Positions 1 to 10,372 of a stretch of DNA of 62,034 nucleotides are shown here, in pieces. A program made the position numbers and the translations under genes. The notes below the pieces were generated by a model. It saw only the letters and a list, made by a program, of their open reading frames with translations. It was not told where the DNA came from and did not search any database. Source of the DNA: Dehalococcoidia bacterium (GTDB lineage Bacteria > Chloroflexota > Dehalococcoidia > GIF9 > UBA5629); contig DAOUFT010000111.1 in the NCBI GenBank assembly GCA_034429855.1, forward strand, positions 1 through 62,034, written 5' to 3'. Numbering within the stretch: position 1 is the first letter of the stretch; every line of letters begins with the position of its first letter.

Positions 1-75
1 TATCTCCCTCCTCTCGAGTTTGTTTAATACCATAAGTCTTTTCTGTTCCTTCTTGTTCAATATCACCTCTTCCAT
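1..75 (-). CDS. possible 5' end (25 codons) of an ISNCY-like transposase/HTH protein running off the left edge
   Basis: Minus-strand ATG at 75..73 opens MEEVILNKKEQKRLMVLNKLERREI with no stop to position 1. The KEQKRLxVLNxLE pattern resembles N-terminal HTH regions of ISNCY-family transposases as I remember them. No clear SD, and only 25 aa are visible. Confidence 0.25.
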   Translation of the reverse strand, partial: MEEVILNKKEQKRLMVLNKLERREI

Positions 76-146
76 AAGGGGACATTTTCACTGAACAGTT
101 AAGGGGTGACAAAATCATAGAACATTAACACGTAGGTCAGCTGTTG

Positions 147-176
147 TTGACAGGGACTGAATTCGTATGTTAATAT
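147..176 (+). promoter_or_regulatory. sigma70-like promoter candidate for the rpsL array
   Basis: TTGACA (147-152), 18-nt spacer, TAATAT (171-176). Lies about 180 nt upstream of the rpsL ATG. Confidence 0.5.
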
Positions 177-357
177 TTCCATTTGTTGCAAAGTTGCGCT
201 AATATTCATTAGTTTAGCGCGGATTTTGCATGACCTGGATCACAATCAAGCCGGCTGGTTGACCCGGGATGTGGGCCAGATCGGGAAGTAGTCCGGGGAC
301 AACTGGGTGGCTTTTTAATTTGCCGAAAATAGTGAATATATTAAGGAAGAGATTAGT

Positions 358-789
358 ATGCCGACAGTGAATCAGCTGGTCAGGAAAGGCCGCCACAAGG
401 TGGCCAGGAAGACCAAGTCTCCCGCGTTGCAGGTGATCTACAATACACTTAAGAATAAATCGAGAAAGGGTGTATGCTCTCCGCAGAAACGCGGCGTGTG
501 CGTGCAGGTTAAAACCATGACCCCGAAGAAGCCTAACTCGGCGTTACGTAAAATCGCCCGCGTGAGGTTGACTAATCACATTGAAGTTACGGCATATATC
601 CCGGGAGAGGGTCATAACCTTCAGGAACATTCGGTGGTTCTCATACGAGGCGGCAGGGTCAAAGATCTGCCGGGCGTCCGCTATCATATCATCCGCGGCA
701 CATTGGATGCAGCGGGAGTCGAAAAGCGCAGGCAGGGTAGAAGCAAATACGGGGCTAAAGCTCCCAAGGCGCCTGTCGCAGCCAGCTAA
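358..789 (+). CDS. rpsL: 30S ribosomal protein uS12
   Basis: 143 aa with [23 protein letters not shown] and [13 protein letters not shown] motifs. SD-like AAGGAAGAG upstream. Confidence 0.97.
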   Translation: MPTVNQLVRKGRHKVARKTKSPALQVIYNTLKNKSRKGVCSPQKRGVCVQVKTMTPKKPNSALRKIARVRLTNHIEVTAYIPGEGHNLQEHSVVLIRGGRVKDLPGVRYHIIRGTLDAAGVEKRRQGRSKYGAKAPKAPVAAS

Positions 790-805
790 ATATAATGGAG
801 ATATT

Positions 806-1276
806 ATGTCGAGGCGAGCAAAATTTATAAACAGGGAAGTGGTTCCGGATCCGAAGTATGGAAGCCCGGTGGTTGCAAGGTTTATTAATAAAGTAATGTA
901 TAAGGGCAAGAAGTCCATTGCCCAAGGTATTGTCTACGATGCATTCGATCGTATTAACAAGCAGATGAAGACAGAACCACTCGTTATTTTTGAACAGGCT
1001 ATGAAAAATGCTACACCCGCGCTGCAGGTAAAATCGAGGCGCGTGGGAGGCGCTACATATCAGGTACCCATTGAGGTTAGCCCGGAGCGCGGCGAGTTCC
1101 TGGCCACCAAATGGATCATTACCTATGCCAGGGACCGCGGCGGAAGGTCGATGGCTGAAAAGCTGGCCGCAGAGTTGATGGATGCAGCCCAGGGACAGGG
1201 CAACTCTATCAAAAAGAAGCAGGACACCCACAAGATGGCAGAGGCAAATAAGGCATTTGCGCATTATCGATGGTAA
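806..1276 (+). CDS. rpsG: 30S ribosomal protein uS7
   Basis: Internal ATG 806 of ORF 581..1276 gives [20 protein letters not shown]..., 156 aa. GGAG at 797-800. The upstream part of the ORF overlaps rpsL out of frame. Confidence 0.95.
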   Translation: MSRRAKFINREVVPDPKYGSPVVARFINKVMYKGKKSIAQGIVYDAFDRINKQMKTEPLVIFEQAMKNATPALQVKSRRVGGATYQVPIEVSPERGEFLATKWIITYARDRGGRSMAEKLAAELMDAAQGQGNSIKKKQDTHKMAEANKAFAHYRW

Positions 1277-1323
1277 CAGGCGTTAAGGAATCCCGGACCA
1301 GAACAGGTCAGGGTAATAATAAA

Positions 1324-3402
1324 GTGGCAAGATCGTTTCCCCTTGATAAGGTTCGGAATATCGGCATCATCGCCCATATTGATGCCGGTAAAACTACTAC
1401 TACCGAACGCATCCTCTACTACACTGGTAGAACTTACAAGGTTGGTGAGGTGCATGATGGTACCGCAGTGATGGACTGGATGGCGCAGGAGAGGGAGCGC
1501 GGCATTACCATTACTTCAGCCGCCACCACGTGCCACTGGAAAGAACACCGCATCAATATCATCGATACGCCCGGACATGTTGATTTCACGGCTGAAGTTG
1601 AACGCAGCCTGCGTGTTCTCGATGGAGGCGTTGTAGTCTTAGATGCAGTGGCTGGAGTTGAAGCGCAATCAGAAACGGTCTGGCGCCAGGCCGATAGGTA
1701 CGGCGTACCCAGGATTTGCTTCATTAACAAGATGGACAGGGTGGGCGCCGATTTCGCCCGGACCATCCAGATGATCGAGGAGAGACTCAAGGCCAGAACT
1801 ATAGCCATTCAGTTCCCTCTGGGAAGGGAGAGCCTTTTCTCGGGCGTTGTAGATCTGATCACTAATAAGGCCTGGTCTTTCCCGGACGAGGTCTCGGAGG
1901 AACCGTCGGAAATTGAAGTGCCGGCGGATATAAAGGATGAGATCGCCGGTGCAAGGCACGATATGATTGAAAAGCTGGCCGAAAATGATGACCAGCTCAT
2001 GCTAAAGTATGTGGATAATCAGGAGATTGGAGAGGAGGACATCAAAGCAGCTATCAGGCGGCTGACCGTAGCCAATAGAATTGTACCTATAGTCTGCGGC
2101 ACCGCACTACGTAATAAAGGTATACAGCTGGTACTGGATGCCGTGGTTGATTTTCTGCCGTCGCCGATGGATAAGCCGGCGCTCAAGGTAATAGATACTT
2201 CCACGGGGCAGGAAGTCACACGTCCAGCCAGCGACGATGCCCCCTTTACAGCGCTTGCATTTAAAGTTGTATCTGACCCATTCGTGGGCAGACTTGTATA
2301 CTTCAGAGTTTATTCGGGCAGCATCAAGGTGGGTGCCCAAATATACAATGCCAGCAGACAGAGCAAGGAACGCTTGGGTAGGCTGTTGCTCATGCATGCC
2401 AATAAGCGCGAAGAGATAGATGAGGTGGACACCGGCAGTATAGCCGCTACACTGGGATTGAAGAACACGTTCACGGGTGACACTCTGTGCGACACCGGGC
2501 AATCCATTTTACTGGAGGATATCAAATTTCCCGAGCCGGTAATTCATATGGCGGTTGAACCCAAGAGCAAGGCGGATCAGGACAAACTCAGTGATGCGAT
2601 GGGTAGACTTGCTGAAGAGGATCCCACTTTCAAGGTGAAAACAAACGAGGAAACAGGTCAGACTCTTATTTCAGGCATGGGAGAGCTGCACCTGGAGGTA
2701 CTGATAGACCGCATGATGAGGGAGTTCGGAGTGCAGGTCAGAGTCGGTAAACCGCAGGTGGCCTATAAAGAGACGATCACCCAGCAGGTCGAGTCTGAGG
2801 GCCGGTTTATCCGTCAGACGGGCGGACATGGCCAGTATGGCCATTGCTGGCTGCGTATCGAGCCGGGAGAACGGAACAGCGGATTTAAGTTTGTTAATGA
2901 AATACGAGGTGGCGACATTTCGCGTCAGTACATACCGGCTATCGAAGCGGGTGTTAGGGAAGCGCTGGATTCCGGCGGCGTCAGCGGATATCCGCTAGTT
3001 GATATTAAGGTAACCGTATTTGATGGAAGCGAACATGAAGTCGATTCATCGGAGATGGCTTTTAAAATGGCCGGCTCTATTGCACTTAAAGAAGGCGTGG
3101 CCCGGGCCAAACCGGTGGTTCTGGAACCTATCATGAAACTCGAGGCGGTGACGCCATCATCATTTATGGGGGATGTGATAGGAGACCTCAATTCCAGGCG
3201 TGGACAGATACAGGGCATCGAGACGCATGGGGAGACCTGCGTTATACATTGTTTCATACCCCTGGCAGAATCGTTCGGTTACGCGACCTCTTTAAGGTCG
3301 TTGACCCAGGGCAGGGCTACATATTCTATGGAGTTCCAACAGTACAGCGAGGTACCGGCCGGCATTCTCGAAGAAATGTTAGCTAAATCGAAGGGTAGGT
3401 AA
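1324..3402 (+). CDS. fusA: translation elongation factor G
   Basis: GTG 1324 gives (M)[24 protein letters not shown], the canonical EF-G N-terminus, 692 aa. The ORF stays open back to ATG 1270, which overlaps the rpsG stop. G-domain motifs [13 protein letters not shown] and NKMD are present. Confidence 0.95.
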   Translation: MARSFPLDKVRNIGIIAHIDAGKTTTTERILYYTGRTYKVGEVHDGTAVMDWMAQERERGITITSAATTCHWKEHRINIIDTPGHVDFTAEVERSLRVLDGGVVVLDAVAGVEAQSETVWRQADRYGVPRICFINKMDRVGADFARTIQMIEERLKARTIAIQFPLGRESLFSGVVDLITNKAWSFPDEVSEEPSEIEVPADIKDEIAGARHDMIEKLAENDDQLMLKYVDNQEIGEEDIKAAIRRLTVANRIVPIVCGTALRNKGIQLVLDAVVDFLPSPMDKPALKVIDTSTGQEVTRPASDDAPFTALAFKVVSDPFVGRLVYFRVYSGSIKVGAQIYNASRQSKERLGRLLLMHANKREEIDEVDTGSIAATLGLKNTFTGDTLCDTGQSILLEDIKFPEPVIHMAVEPKSKADQDKLSDAMGRLAEEDPTFKVKTNEETGQTLISGMGELHLEVLIDRMMREFGVQVRVGKPQVAYKETITQQVESEGRFIRQTGGHGQYGHCWLRIEPGERNSGFKFVNEIRGGDISRQYIPAIEAGVREALDSGGVSGYPLVDIKVTVFDGSEHEVDSSEMAFKMAGSIALKEGVARAKPVVLEPIMKLEAVTPSSFMGDVIGDLNSRRGQIQGIETHGETCVIHCFIPLAESFGYATSLRSLTQGRATYSMEFQQYSEVPAGILEEMLAKSKGR

Positions 3403-3711
3403 ATGACCAAGCAGAAGATAAGAATAAAACTGAGAGGATACGATCACAGGCTGGTCGACCAGTCGGCTGGGCAGATAGTCGAAACTGCAATTAAATCGGG
3501 CGCCGAGGTGATCGGCCCGGTTCCCCTGCCCACCAGGATTGAAAAATTCTGTGTCATCAGGTCACCCCATATCGATAAGGACTCAAGGGAACAGTTCGAG
3601 ATACGGACTCACAAGAGATTGATCGATATTGTGGGACCGACCACCAAGACGATAGACGCTCTTACACAACTTCAATTGCCGTCCGGCGTTGAGATCGATA
3701 TTAGATTATAG
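3403..3711 (+). CDS. rpsJ: 30S ribosomal protein uS10
   Basis: 102 aa, [21 protein letters not shown]. The ATG immediately follows the fusA TAA. Confidence 0.97.
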   Translation: MTKQKIRIKLRGYDHRLVDQSAGQIVETAIKSGAEVIGPVPLPTRIEKFCVIRSPHIDKDSREQFEIRTHKRLIDIVGPTTKTIDALTQLQLPSGVEIDIRL

Positions 3712-3721
3712 GAATAGAGAA

Positions 3722-4330
3722 ATGGCAGGCATACTCGGAAAGAAAATCGGAATGACGCAAGTGTACAGGGAGAACCTGGAGATAGCGGTTACTGCCATCG
3801 AAGCCGGGCCATGCTGTGTCACCCAGATCAAGACAGCCGAAAAGGATAAGTACAACGCGGTTCAGATCGGATTTGGTGTGGCGAAGAAGTTAAGCAAGGC
3901 AGAGAGGGGACACCTCAAGGAAAATGGGAACTATCGCTATCTGCGCGAATTGCGCATGGATAATGTGAAGGATTATCAGGTCGGACAGAAAATCGACGCG
4001 GGGATGTTTAAAGCCGGCGATATAGTGCAGGTCGAGGGCATTTCCAAAGGTAAAGGATTTGCGGGCGGTGTTAAAAGGTATCATTTCAAGGGCGGGCCTA
4101 AGACGCATGGTCAGTCCGACAGGCATCGCGCCCCGGGCTCGGTAGGTTCTACGACAACGCCGGGCCGTGTATTTAAGGGACTACGCATGGCCGGGCATAT
4201 GGGCGCTCGTAAGGTTACGGCGCGTAACTTGGTCGTGGTCGAAGTCGATACGGCTAAGAACGTATTGCTGCTGAAGGGTACGGTCCCAGGTGCCAAGGGC
4301 GGAATTTTACTGATTGAAAAAGGATCGTAA
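3722..4330 (+). CDS. rplC: 50S ribosomal protein uL3
   Basis: ATG 3722 gives MAGILGKKIGMTQV..., 202 aa. The ORF-track start 3689 overlaps rpsJ. Confidence 0.95.
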   Translation: MAGILGKKIGMTQVYRENLEIAVTAIEAGPCCVTQIKTAEKDKYNAVQIGFGVAKKLSKAERGHLKENGNYRYLRELRMDNVKDYQVGQKIDAGMFKAGDIVQVEGISKGKGFAGGVKRYHFKGGPKTHGQSDRHRAPGSVGSTTTPGRVFKGLRMAGHMGARKVTARNLVVVEVDTAKNVLLLKGTVPGAKGGILLIEKGS

Positions 4331-4342
4331 AAGGTTACTGCA

Positions 4343-4999
4343 GTGGATCTAGAAGTTTTTGATGTAAAAGGTGAAAAGACCGGCAAGATAAAAGTCAGCG
4401 ACTATGTGTTCGGCCAGGCCGTAAACGAAGCAGTCGTGCATCAGGCTTTGGTAATGCAACTGGCAAACAGGAGACAGGGTACAGCTGATAGTCAAACCCG
4501 ATCCGATGTGAGTAGGAGCACCAAAAAAGCTTACGCGCAGAAGCACACCGGTAGGTCCAGGCGCGGAGGTGCAACGTCTCCGCTCCTTAAAGGCGGTGGA
4601 GTGGTTTTCGGGCCTCATCCCCGCAGCTACAGGCAGGATATGCCCAGGAAAATGCGCAGACTGGCTCTGCGCAGCGTGCTTTCCGGCAAGGTCAGCAGCG
4701 GTGAGGTGAAAGTGCTTAAAAAGCTTGACCTGCAGGAGCCTAAAACCAAGCTGATGTCCGATATACTGGAAGCTCTGGGCATTGAAGGGACAGCCATTAT
4801 AGGAGTAGCTACGGGCAAGGATAATATTACCAGAGCCTGCTCCAATCTGCCGGGGGTGAAACCCACCATGGTTTCAATGCTGAATGTGGCGGATCTGCTC
4901 TCGTATAACACTCTGGTATTGGATGTCGATGCTGTCCGACGAATCGAAGAGCTTTGGGATATGAAAAAAGAAGCCAAGAGCAAGCAAAAAGCAGGATAA
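4343..4999 (+). CDS. rplD: 50S ribosomal protein uL4
   Basis: GTG start, 218 aa, S10-operon position. MDLEVFDVKGEKTGKIKVSDYVFG is a typical uL4 N-terminus. Confidence 0.93.
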   Translation: MDLEVFDVKGEKTGKIKVSDYVFGQAVNEAVVHQALVMQLANRRQGTADSQTRSDVSRSTKKAYAQKHTGRSRRGGATSPLLKGGGVVFGPHPRSYRQDMPRKMRRLALRSVLSGKVSSGEVKVLKKLDLQEPKTKLMSDILEALGIEGTAIIGVATGKDNITRACSNLPGVKPTMVSMLNVADLLSYNTLVLDVDAVRRIEELWDMKKEAKSKQKAG

Positions 5000-5023
5000 G
5001 TAGCCGAGAGGTTTATACATACC

Positions 5024-5308
5024 ATGAATTTATTTGAGGTATTACGCAGACCGCTGGTGACAGAGAAGAGCACCAGGCTCTCAGAGAGAAATAAGTATGT
5101 ATTTGAGGTTGACAAGAGGTCAACCAAAGACCAGGTTAGACTGGCTGTAGAGAAAGCCTTTAAAGTGGATGTTGTCAGCGTGAACATTATTAAGGTACCC
5201 GGCGAGACCAAACGGATGGGTAGGAGGGAGGTCAACCGACCTGCGTGGAAAAAGGCTGTAGTGACGCTCAAGGAAGGGGACAAGATCCAGTTCTTTGATG
5301 GAGTCTAA
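5024..5308 (+). CDS. rplW: 50S ribosomal protein uL23
   Basis: 94 aa, RRPLVTEKS motif, operon position. Confidence 0.95.
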   Translation: MNLFEVLRRPLVTEKSTRLSERNKYVFEVDKRSTKDQVRLAVEKAFKVDVVSVNIIKVPGETKRMGRREVNRPAWKKAVVTLKEGDKIQFFDGV

Positions 5309-5325
5309 GATAACAGGAGTAGAAA

Positions 5326-5421
5326 TTGGGTTCTGTTATAAAGAAACGTAAGAAGAAGATGGCGAAGCACAAGCATCGGAAGCTTCTCAGGAAGAACCGA
5401 TGGCAACGACGCCACTCTTAA
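5326..5421 (+). CDS. bS22-like (AURKAIP1/COX24-like) very basic 31-aa ribosomal micro-protein
   Basis: AGGAG 5315-5319, 6 nt, then TTG 5326. Translation: [31 protein letters not shown], stop TAA 5419-5421. Closely resembles mycobacterial bS22 as recalled from memory. Absent from the ORF track because it is shorter than 60 aa. Confidence 0.7.
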   Translation: [31 protein letters not shown]

Positions 5422-5438
5422 ATTAGGAGTAGTTAGAT

Positions 5439-6269
5439 TTGGCTTTAAAGACATATCGCCCTACATCCCCCGGGCGCCGTGGAATGGTAAGGATATCGTT
5501 TGATGATATCACCAAGACGGTACCGGAAAAGGCCCTGCTGGTTCCGCAGAAAAGAAAGGCGGGGCGCAATAGCAGAGGTGTGATAACTACCCGGCACAGG
5601 GGTGGGGGCGCAAAGCAGAAGACGCGCATAATCGATTTTAAGAGGGACAAGCTGGGAGTGCCGGGCCGTGTTGCGGCCATCGAGTATGACCCGGGCAGGT
5701 CCGCCCGCATAGCTCTGATTTTTTATGCCGACGGCGAGAAGCGATATATGCTCTGCCCGCTGGGGCTGGGTGTTGGAGATACCGTACTTGCCAGCGAAAG
5801 CGCCGAGGTAAAGCCGGGCAATAATCTGCCGCTGGGCAATATACCTGCTGGCACGACGGTACATAATCTGGAATTCGAACCCAATAAGGGAGGCCAGATA
5901 GTGCGAAGCGCCGGGGCGGCAGCCCAAGTGTTGGGTCGGGAAGACAGGTATTCCATGGTTAGACTGCCGTCGGGCGAGGTGCGACGCTTCATGAATGAGT
6001 GCCGGGCCACCATCGGGCAGGTTGGCAACCTGGATCATCAGAATATAAAATCGGGCAAGGCCGGCCGGACACGCCTGCTGGGACGTCGTCCCAAAGTCAG
6101 GGGTTCGGCCATGACCCCGCGCGACCATCCCCATGGCGGTGGCGAAGGCAGGGCGCCACGCGGTATGGCACCCAAGACACCGCAAGGGAAACCTGCGCTG
6201 GGACATAGGACTCGTGTGGGCAAGGCATCCGATAAATTGATTGTAAGGCGCCGTTACGCAGCCAAATAA
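5439..6269 (+). CDS. rplB: 50S ribosomal protein uL2
   Basis: TTG start with AGGAG at 5425-5429. 276 aa with the RHRGGG and DHPHGGGEG motifs. Confidence 0.96.
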   Translation: MALKTYRPTSPGRRGMVRISFDDITKTVPEKALLVPQKRKAGRNSRGVITTRHRGGGAKQKTRIIDFKRDKLGVPGRVAAIEYDPGRSARIALIFYADGEKRYMLCPLGLGVGDTVLASESAEVKPGNNLPLGNIPAGTTVHNLEFEPNKGGQIVRSAGAAAQVLGREDRYSMVRLPSGEVRRFMNECRATIGQVGNLDHQNIKSGKAGRTRLLGRRPKVRGSAMTPRDHPHGGGEGRAPRGMAPKTPQGKPALGHRTRVGKASDKLIVRRRYAAK

Positions 6270-6284
6270 AGAGGTAAATTAAGA

Positions 6285-6575
6285 ATGTCACGTTCAGCGA
6301 GAAAGGGCCCATACTGTCATCCCAAGCTGCTGAAAAAAATTGAAGCGCTCAATAAAAAGGGAGACAAACAGGTTGTCAAGACCTGGTCGAGGTCTTCCAC
6401 AATAATGCCCGAGATGATAGGACACACTATTGGTGTTCATGACGGCAGGCGGCATGTGCCCATTTTTATTACTGAAAATATGGTAGGCCATAAGCTGGGT
6501 GAATTTGCCATGACACGCACTTTTCGCGGTCATGTAGGCAAGGCCACGACCGCGGCGCCGGTTAAGAAGAAATAA
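6285..6575 (+). CDS. rpsS: 30S ribosomal protein uS19
   Basis: 96 aa, [10 protein letters not shown] and GHKLGEF motifs. Confidence 0.96.
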   Translation: MSRSARKGPYCHPKLLKKIEALNKKGDKQVVKTWSRSSTIMPEMIGHTIGVHDGRRHVPIFITENMVGHKLGEFAMTRTFRGHVGKATTAAPVKKK

Positions 6576-6586
6576 GCAGGTAAGAG

Positions 6587-6925
6587 ATGAGAGTAGGAGC
6601 AGTTGCCAAGGATATAGGAATCCCTCCCCGCAAGATGAAGCTTGTGGTGGATATGGTAAGGGGCAAGAAAGTTGAGGATGCCCTGAATATATTGAAATTC
6701 ACCCCTACTCCTGCTGCCAAAGCTGTTGCCAAGGTGATCAAATCGGCCTCTTCCAATGCGGAGAATAATTTCCAAATGGACCCGGCCGTTTTGAAAGTTG
6801 TATATATCACAGCTGACGAAGCTCGGACGCTGAAACGGTATAGACCGCAGGCCAGAGGACGGTTCAGCCCCATTTTGAAGCGCGCAACGCATATCAAGGT
6901 TTTCGTCTCCGAGGAGGATAAATAA
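6587..6925 (+). CDS. rplV: 50S ribosomal protein uL22
   Basis: 112 aa, PRKMKLVVDMVRGKKVEDAL, operon position. Confidence 0.95.
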   Translation: MRVGAVAKDIGIPPRKMKLVVDMVRGKKVEDALNILKFTPTPAAKAVAKVIKSASSNAENNFQMDPAVLKVVYITADEARTLKRYRPQARGRFSPILKRATHIKVFVSEEDK

Positions 6926-7597
6926 GTGGGACATAAAGTTCACCCCTACGGTTTCCGCATAGGGATCATACGCGGCTGGAAGGCGAAATGGTACGATGAA
7001 AAGCATTATCTGGAGGCCCTCCACGATGATCTCAAGTTGCGCAAAGAGATCAAGCGCAAGCTGCGTGAGGGCGCTGTGGCTAGGGTTGAGATCGATCGCC
7101 AGGGTAACGACATAGTGGTGACGATTTTTACGGCCAGGCCAGGTATCGTGATCGGAAGGGGCGGACAGCGCGCCGAGGAATTGAGGTCGGAACTGGAAAA
7201 GATCTGCGGCAAGAAGGTCAAGTTATCTATCAAGGAAGTGGAACAGCCGGAGATGGAGGCTACTCTGGTGGCGCGCAATATAGCCGATTCCCTGGAGCGG
7301 CGCGTGGCATTCAGGCGCGCTATGAAACAGGCTGCCTTCAAGACAAGGCAGGCCGGAGCCAAGGGCATCAAAATCAGCTGCGCCGGCCGTCTGGGCGGCG
7401 CTGAAATAGCCAGGCGTGAGACCATTCACGACGGCCAATTACCGCTACACACACTTTGTGCAGATATCGATTACGGCCTGGCCGAGGCCCATACGACCAT
7501 GGGCAATATCGGCGTTAAAGTATGGATATATAAAGGCAACATTATCCCCGAAGTAAGGAGAGAAAGTGTTACAACCGAAACGAGTGAAGTATCGTAA
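6926..7597 (+). CDS. rpsC: 30S ribosomal protein uS3
   Basis: GTG start, 223 aa, [12 protein letters not shown] and KH-domain sequence. The 3' end overlaps rplP by 32 nt. Confidence 0.95.
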   Translation: MGHKVHPYGFRIGIIRGWKAKWYDEKHYLEALHDDLKLRKEIKRKLREGAVARVEIDRQGNDIVVTIFTARPGIVIGRGGQRAEELRSELEKICGKKVKLSIKEVEQPEMEATLVARNIADSLERRVAFRRAMKQAAFKTRQAGAKGIKISCAGRLGGAEIARRETIHDGQLPLHTLCADIDYGLAEAHTTMGNIGVKVWIYKGNIIPEVRRESVTTETSEVS

Positions 7598-8006
7598 GTG
7601 CCACCGCGGACATCTGCGTGGAAAGGCACAATCCGGAAATACGATTAACTTCGGCGACTTCGGCATGCAGGCCGAGGAAGCTCACTGGATTACGGCCAGG
7701 CAGATTGAAGCCGCACGCCGTGTTATCGTGCGCTACCTGCGTCGAGGCGGACAGGTATGGATCAGGATCTTTCCGGATAAATCCGTTACCAAGAAGCCGG
7801 CTGAGACCCGCATGGGCAGCGGTAAGGGAGCCGTAGACCACTGGGTCGCTGTGGTAAAACCCGGCAGAATTATGTTTGAGGTCGGCGGTATCAAAGAGAA
7901 TCTGGCCAAGGAAGCGCTGACCTTGGCCGCCTATAAATTACCCATTAAAACACGGTTTATAGCACGTGAGACTCTTAAACAAGAGGTTAAAGGTGAAACT
8001 AACTGA
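7566..8006 (+). CDS. rplP: 50S ribosomal protein uL16
   Basis: GTG start, [11 protein letters not shown], 146 aa. Confidence 0.95.
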   Translation: MLQPKRVKYRKCHRGHLRGKAQSGNTINFGDFGMQAEEAHWITARQIEAARRVIVRYLRRGGQVWIRIFPDKSVTKKPAETRMGSGKGAVDHWVAVVKPGRIMFEVGGIKENLAKEALTLAAYKLPIKTRFIARETLKQEVKGETN

Positions 8007-8190
8007 AATCAGGGCGTTGGGTGACGCCGAACTGCAAAAAAAATTGGAGGAAGCTCACCAGGAGCTGTTTAACCTGCGCTTCAAGCTGGCGACCAGGCAA
8101 TTGGTCAACCACCGCGAACTTCCCAAGGTCAGGAAAAGGATCGCCAGGATAAACACGATTATTCGCGAACGGGAGCTTGGCAAGAAGTAA
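7993..8190 (+). CDS. rpmC: 50S ribosomal protein uL29
   Basis: GTG 7993 gives (M)[29 protein letters not shown], 65 aa, a typical uL29 length. The ORF-track start 7966 would add 9 residues with a deeper overlap of rplP. Confidence 0.88.
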   Translation: MKLTEIRALGDAELQKKLEEAHQELFNLRFKLATRQLVNHRELPKVRKRIARINTIIRERELGKK

Positions 8191-8193
8191 AAA

Positions 8194-8493
8194 ATGGAAA
8201 AGAACCGGAAAAGCAGGATAGCTAAGGTCACCAGCAACAAAATGAACAAGACGGTTGTCGTGCGGGTTGAGAACCTTCGCCGTCACCCGCTATACCACAA
8301 GGTAGTCAGGCATTCCTCCAGTTTTAAAGCCCATGACGAGGAGAATAAATGCAACGTCGGGGACATCGTCAGAATAGTGGAGACGCGACCTCTGTCCAAA
8401 GATAAAAACTGGCGGGTCGTCGAGATAATACAAAAAGCGGATATAGTCGGTGTCTTGAAAGACGATTTGGCACAGGAAAACCAGGAGAGCTAA
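8194..8493 (+). CDS. rpsQ: 30S ribosomal protein uS17
   Basis: 99 aa with [14 protein letters not shown] and D.V.I.E.RPLSK patterns. Confidence 0.95.
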   Translation: MEKNRKSRIAKVTSNKMNKTVVVRVENLRRHPLYHKVVRHSSSFKAHDEENKCNVGDIVRIVETRPLSKDKNWRVVEIIQKADIVGVLKDDLAQENQES

Positions 8494-8494
8494 A

Positions 8495-8863
8495 GTGATC
8501 CAGCCTAACACCAGATTGAAAGTTGCCGATAACACGGGAGCACGCCAGGTGATGTGCATCGGTGTGCCGGGAGGCACACGCAGACGCTATGCCTCTGTAG
8601 GCGATGTAATCACTTGCAGCGTTAAGCGCGCCATTCCGGGCGGCGTGGTAAAAAAAGGCGATGTCGTCAAGGCCGTCATCGTGAGAATTGCACAACACCA
8701 CCACAGACCGGACGGGTCCTATGTGCGATTCGATGACAACGCCGCAGTGATACTTGACGATAAGGGCAATCCCAAAGGTACACGTATATTCGGACCGGTG
8801 GCCAGGGAATTGAGAGATAAAAATTTTATGAAAATTATTTCCCTTGCGCCGGAGGTGCTGTGA
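8495..8863 (+). CDS. rplN: 50S ribosomal protein uL14
   Basis: GTG start, [17 protein letters not shown], 122 aa. Confidence 0.97.
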   Translation: MIQPNTRLKVADNTGARQVMCIGVPGGTRRRYASVGDVITCSVKRAIPGGVVKKGDVVKAVIVRIAQHHHRPDGSYVRFDDNAAVILDDKGNPKGTRIFGPVARELRDKNFMKIISLAPEVL

Positions 8864-8864
8864 T

Positions 8865-9176
8865 ATGAAGATTCGTAAAAACGATAATGTATTAATCATA
8901 GCCGGCAAGGACAGGGGTAAAAAAGGCAAAGTGCGAAAGGCATTGCCCGATAAGAACAGTGTAATCGTGGAAGGTTTCAACCTGATCAAAAGGCATTCCA
9001 AGACGAAGGGAAAGACAAGGCAGGCTGGTATCATCGAGCTGGAAGCACCTATCAATGTCTCCAACGTGATGATTATCTGTAACAAATGCAACAAGCCGGC
9101 CCGGCTGGGATACCGGGAGCTTGAAGACGGGAACAGGGCCAGGTTCTGCCGCAGCTGTAAAGAGATCATTGATTAA
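8865..9176 (+). CDS. rplX: 50S ribosomal protein uL24 (with C-terminal CxxC...CxxC ribbon)
   Basis: ATG 8865 gives [23 protein letters not shown], 103 aa. The C-terminus carries CNKC...CRSC, as in Thermus-type uL24. The ORF-track start 8844 overlaps rplN. Confidence 0.94.
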   Translation: MKIRKNDNVLIIAGKDRGKKGKVRKALPDKNSVIVEGFNLIKRHSKTKGKTRQAGIIELEAPINVSNVMIICNKCNKPARLGYRELEDGNRARFCRSCKEIID

Positions 9177-9193
9177 ATTGAGGTAACCCGATA

Positions 9194-9736
9194 ATGGCTA
9201 GGCTAAAAGAGAGATATAACAAAGAGATAGTACCGCAGTTGATAAAGAAATACGGCTATCGCAATGTGATGGAAGTGCCCAGGGTCAGCAAGATAGTTCT
9301 TAATCTGGGCATGGGCGAATCTTTAACCAATCCCAAGGCTATGGAAGCTGCTGAGAAAGACCTCACTACCATCGCCGGCCAGCATGCAGTAATCACTAAG
9401 GCCAAGAAATCCATTGCTGCCTTCAAGCTGCGCGCGGGCACTCCCATTGGTATGATGGTAACCCTGCGCGATAAAAGGATGTATGAATTCCTGGACAAGC
9501 TTGTCAGTGTTGTCTTGCCGCGTATACGCGATTTCCAGGGCGTTTCGAGGGATGCTTTCGATGGGCAGGGTAATTACACCTTGGGGATGAAAGAACAGAT
9601 CGTTTTTCCAGAAATTGAGTATGACAAAGTAGACAAGACCAGAGGACTTGAGATCACTATTGTAACCTCGGCTAAAACGGACGAGGATGGCAGGCGGTTG
9701 CTCGAGGCGATCGGCATGCCGTTTAAGAAAAATTAG
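9194..9736 (+). CDS. rplE: 50S ribosomal protein uL5
   Basis: 180 aa, [19 protein letters not shown], operon position. Confidence 0.96.
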   Translation: MARLKERYNKEIVPQLIKKYGYRNVMEVPRVSKIVLNLGMGESLTNPKAMEAAEKDLTTIAGQHAVITKAKKSIAAFKLRAGTPIGMMVTLRDKRMYEFLDKLVSVVLPRIRDFQGVSRDAFDGQGNYTLGMKEQIVFPEIEYDKVDKTRGLEITIVTSAKTDEDGRRLLEAIGMPFKKN

Positions 9737-9748
9737 TAAGGTTTAATT

Positions 9749-9934
9749 ATGGCGAAGTTATGCAAGATAAATAAGGCAAACCGGCCACCAAAGTATAAGG
9801 TACAGCAGCATAACCGCTGCAGGCTGTGCGGAAGACCGAGGGCGTATATTCGCAAATTCGGCATATGCCGAATTTGCTTCCGTGCGCTGGCCCTCAACGG
9901 CGAGCTGCCGGGAGTAAGGAAATCGAGCTGGTAA
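9749..9934 (+). CDS. rpsN: 30S ribosomal protein uS14, short zinc-binding (type Z) form
   Basis: 61 aa with CRLCGRP...CRICFR (four Cys) and ending KSSW. Confidence 0.96.
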   Translation: MAKLCKINKANRPPKYKVQQHNRCRLCGRPRAYIRKFGICRICFRALALNGELPGVRKSSW

Positions 9935-9957
9935 TAAGATAGCGGAGTTGTTTATCA

Positions 9958-10350
9958 ATGGTTACTGATCCTATTGCTGATTTGCTGACCCGGGTACGCA
10001 ATGCTGCCATGGCGCGTCATGACAGTGTAAATGTGCCCGCATCCAAGATGAAAATCGCGATTGCCAAAATTCTTAAGGACGAAGGCTTTATTTCCGATTA
10101 TTCCGTCGTAAAAGGTGAACAGCAGCGCATTATCAAGATCACACTTAAATATATTGATAAGCAGCCTGCTTTTATTGGCCTTGAGCGTGTGAGCAAGCCG
10201 GGGCTAAGGGTATATTCCGGTAAAAAGGAGATACCCAGGGTTTACGGCGGTCTCGGCATTGCCATCATCTCCACCTCAAAAGGGTTGATGACCGGACAGG
10301 AAGCCTGGAAGAAAAATATAGGCGGCGAAGTGTTATGTTATGTATGGTAA
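9958..10350 (+). CDS. rpsH: 30S ribosomal protein uS8
   Basis: 130 aa, [13 protein letters not shown] motif. Confidence 0.96.
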   Translation: MVTDPIADLLTRVRNAAMARHDSVNVPASKMKIAIAKILKDEGFISDYSVVKGEQQRIIKITLKYIDKQPAFIGLERVSKPGLRVYSGKKEIPRVYGGLGIAIISTSKGLMTGQEAWKKNIGGEVLCYVW

Positions 10351-10372
10351 TTGAATTCAGTGAGGTGAACCT

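Noticed and set aside
1270-1323. ORF-track start codons that extend genes upstream (fusA 1270, rpsG 581, rplC 3689, rplX 8844, rpoA 16975, rplM 19248, dapB 36158, dnaX 33500, PHP 44900, mutase 55721, nusA 50810)
   Set aside because: The extensions overlap the preceding gene or a promoter and add residues absent from the conserved N-termini. They also lack properly spaced SD sequences, whereas the internal starts restore canonical N-termini.
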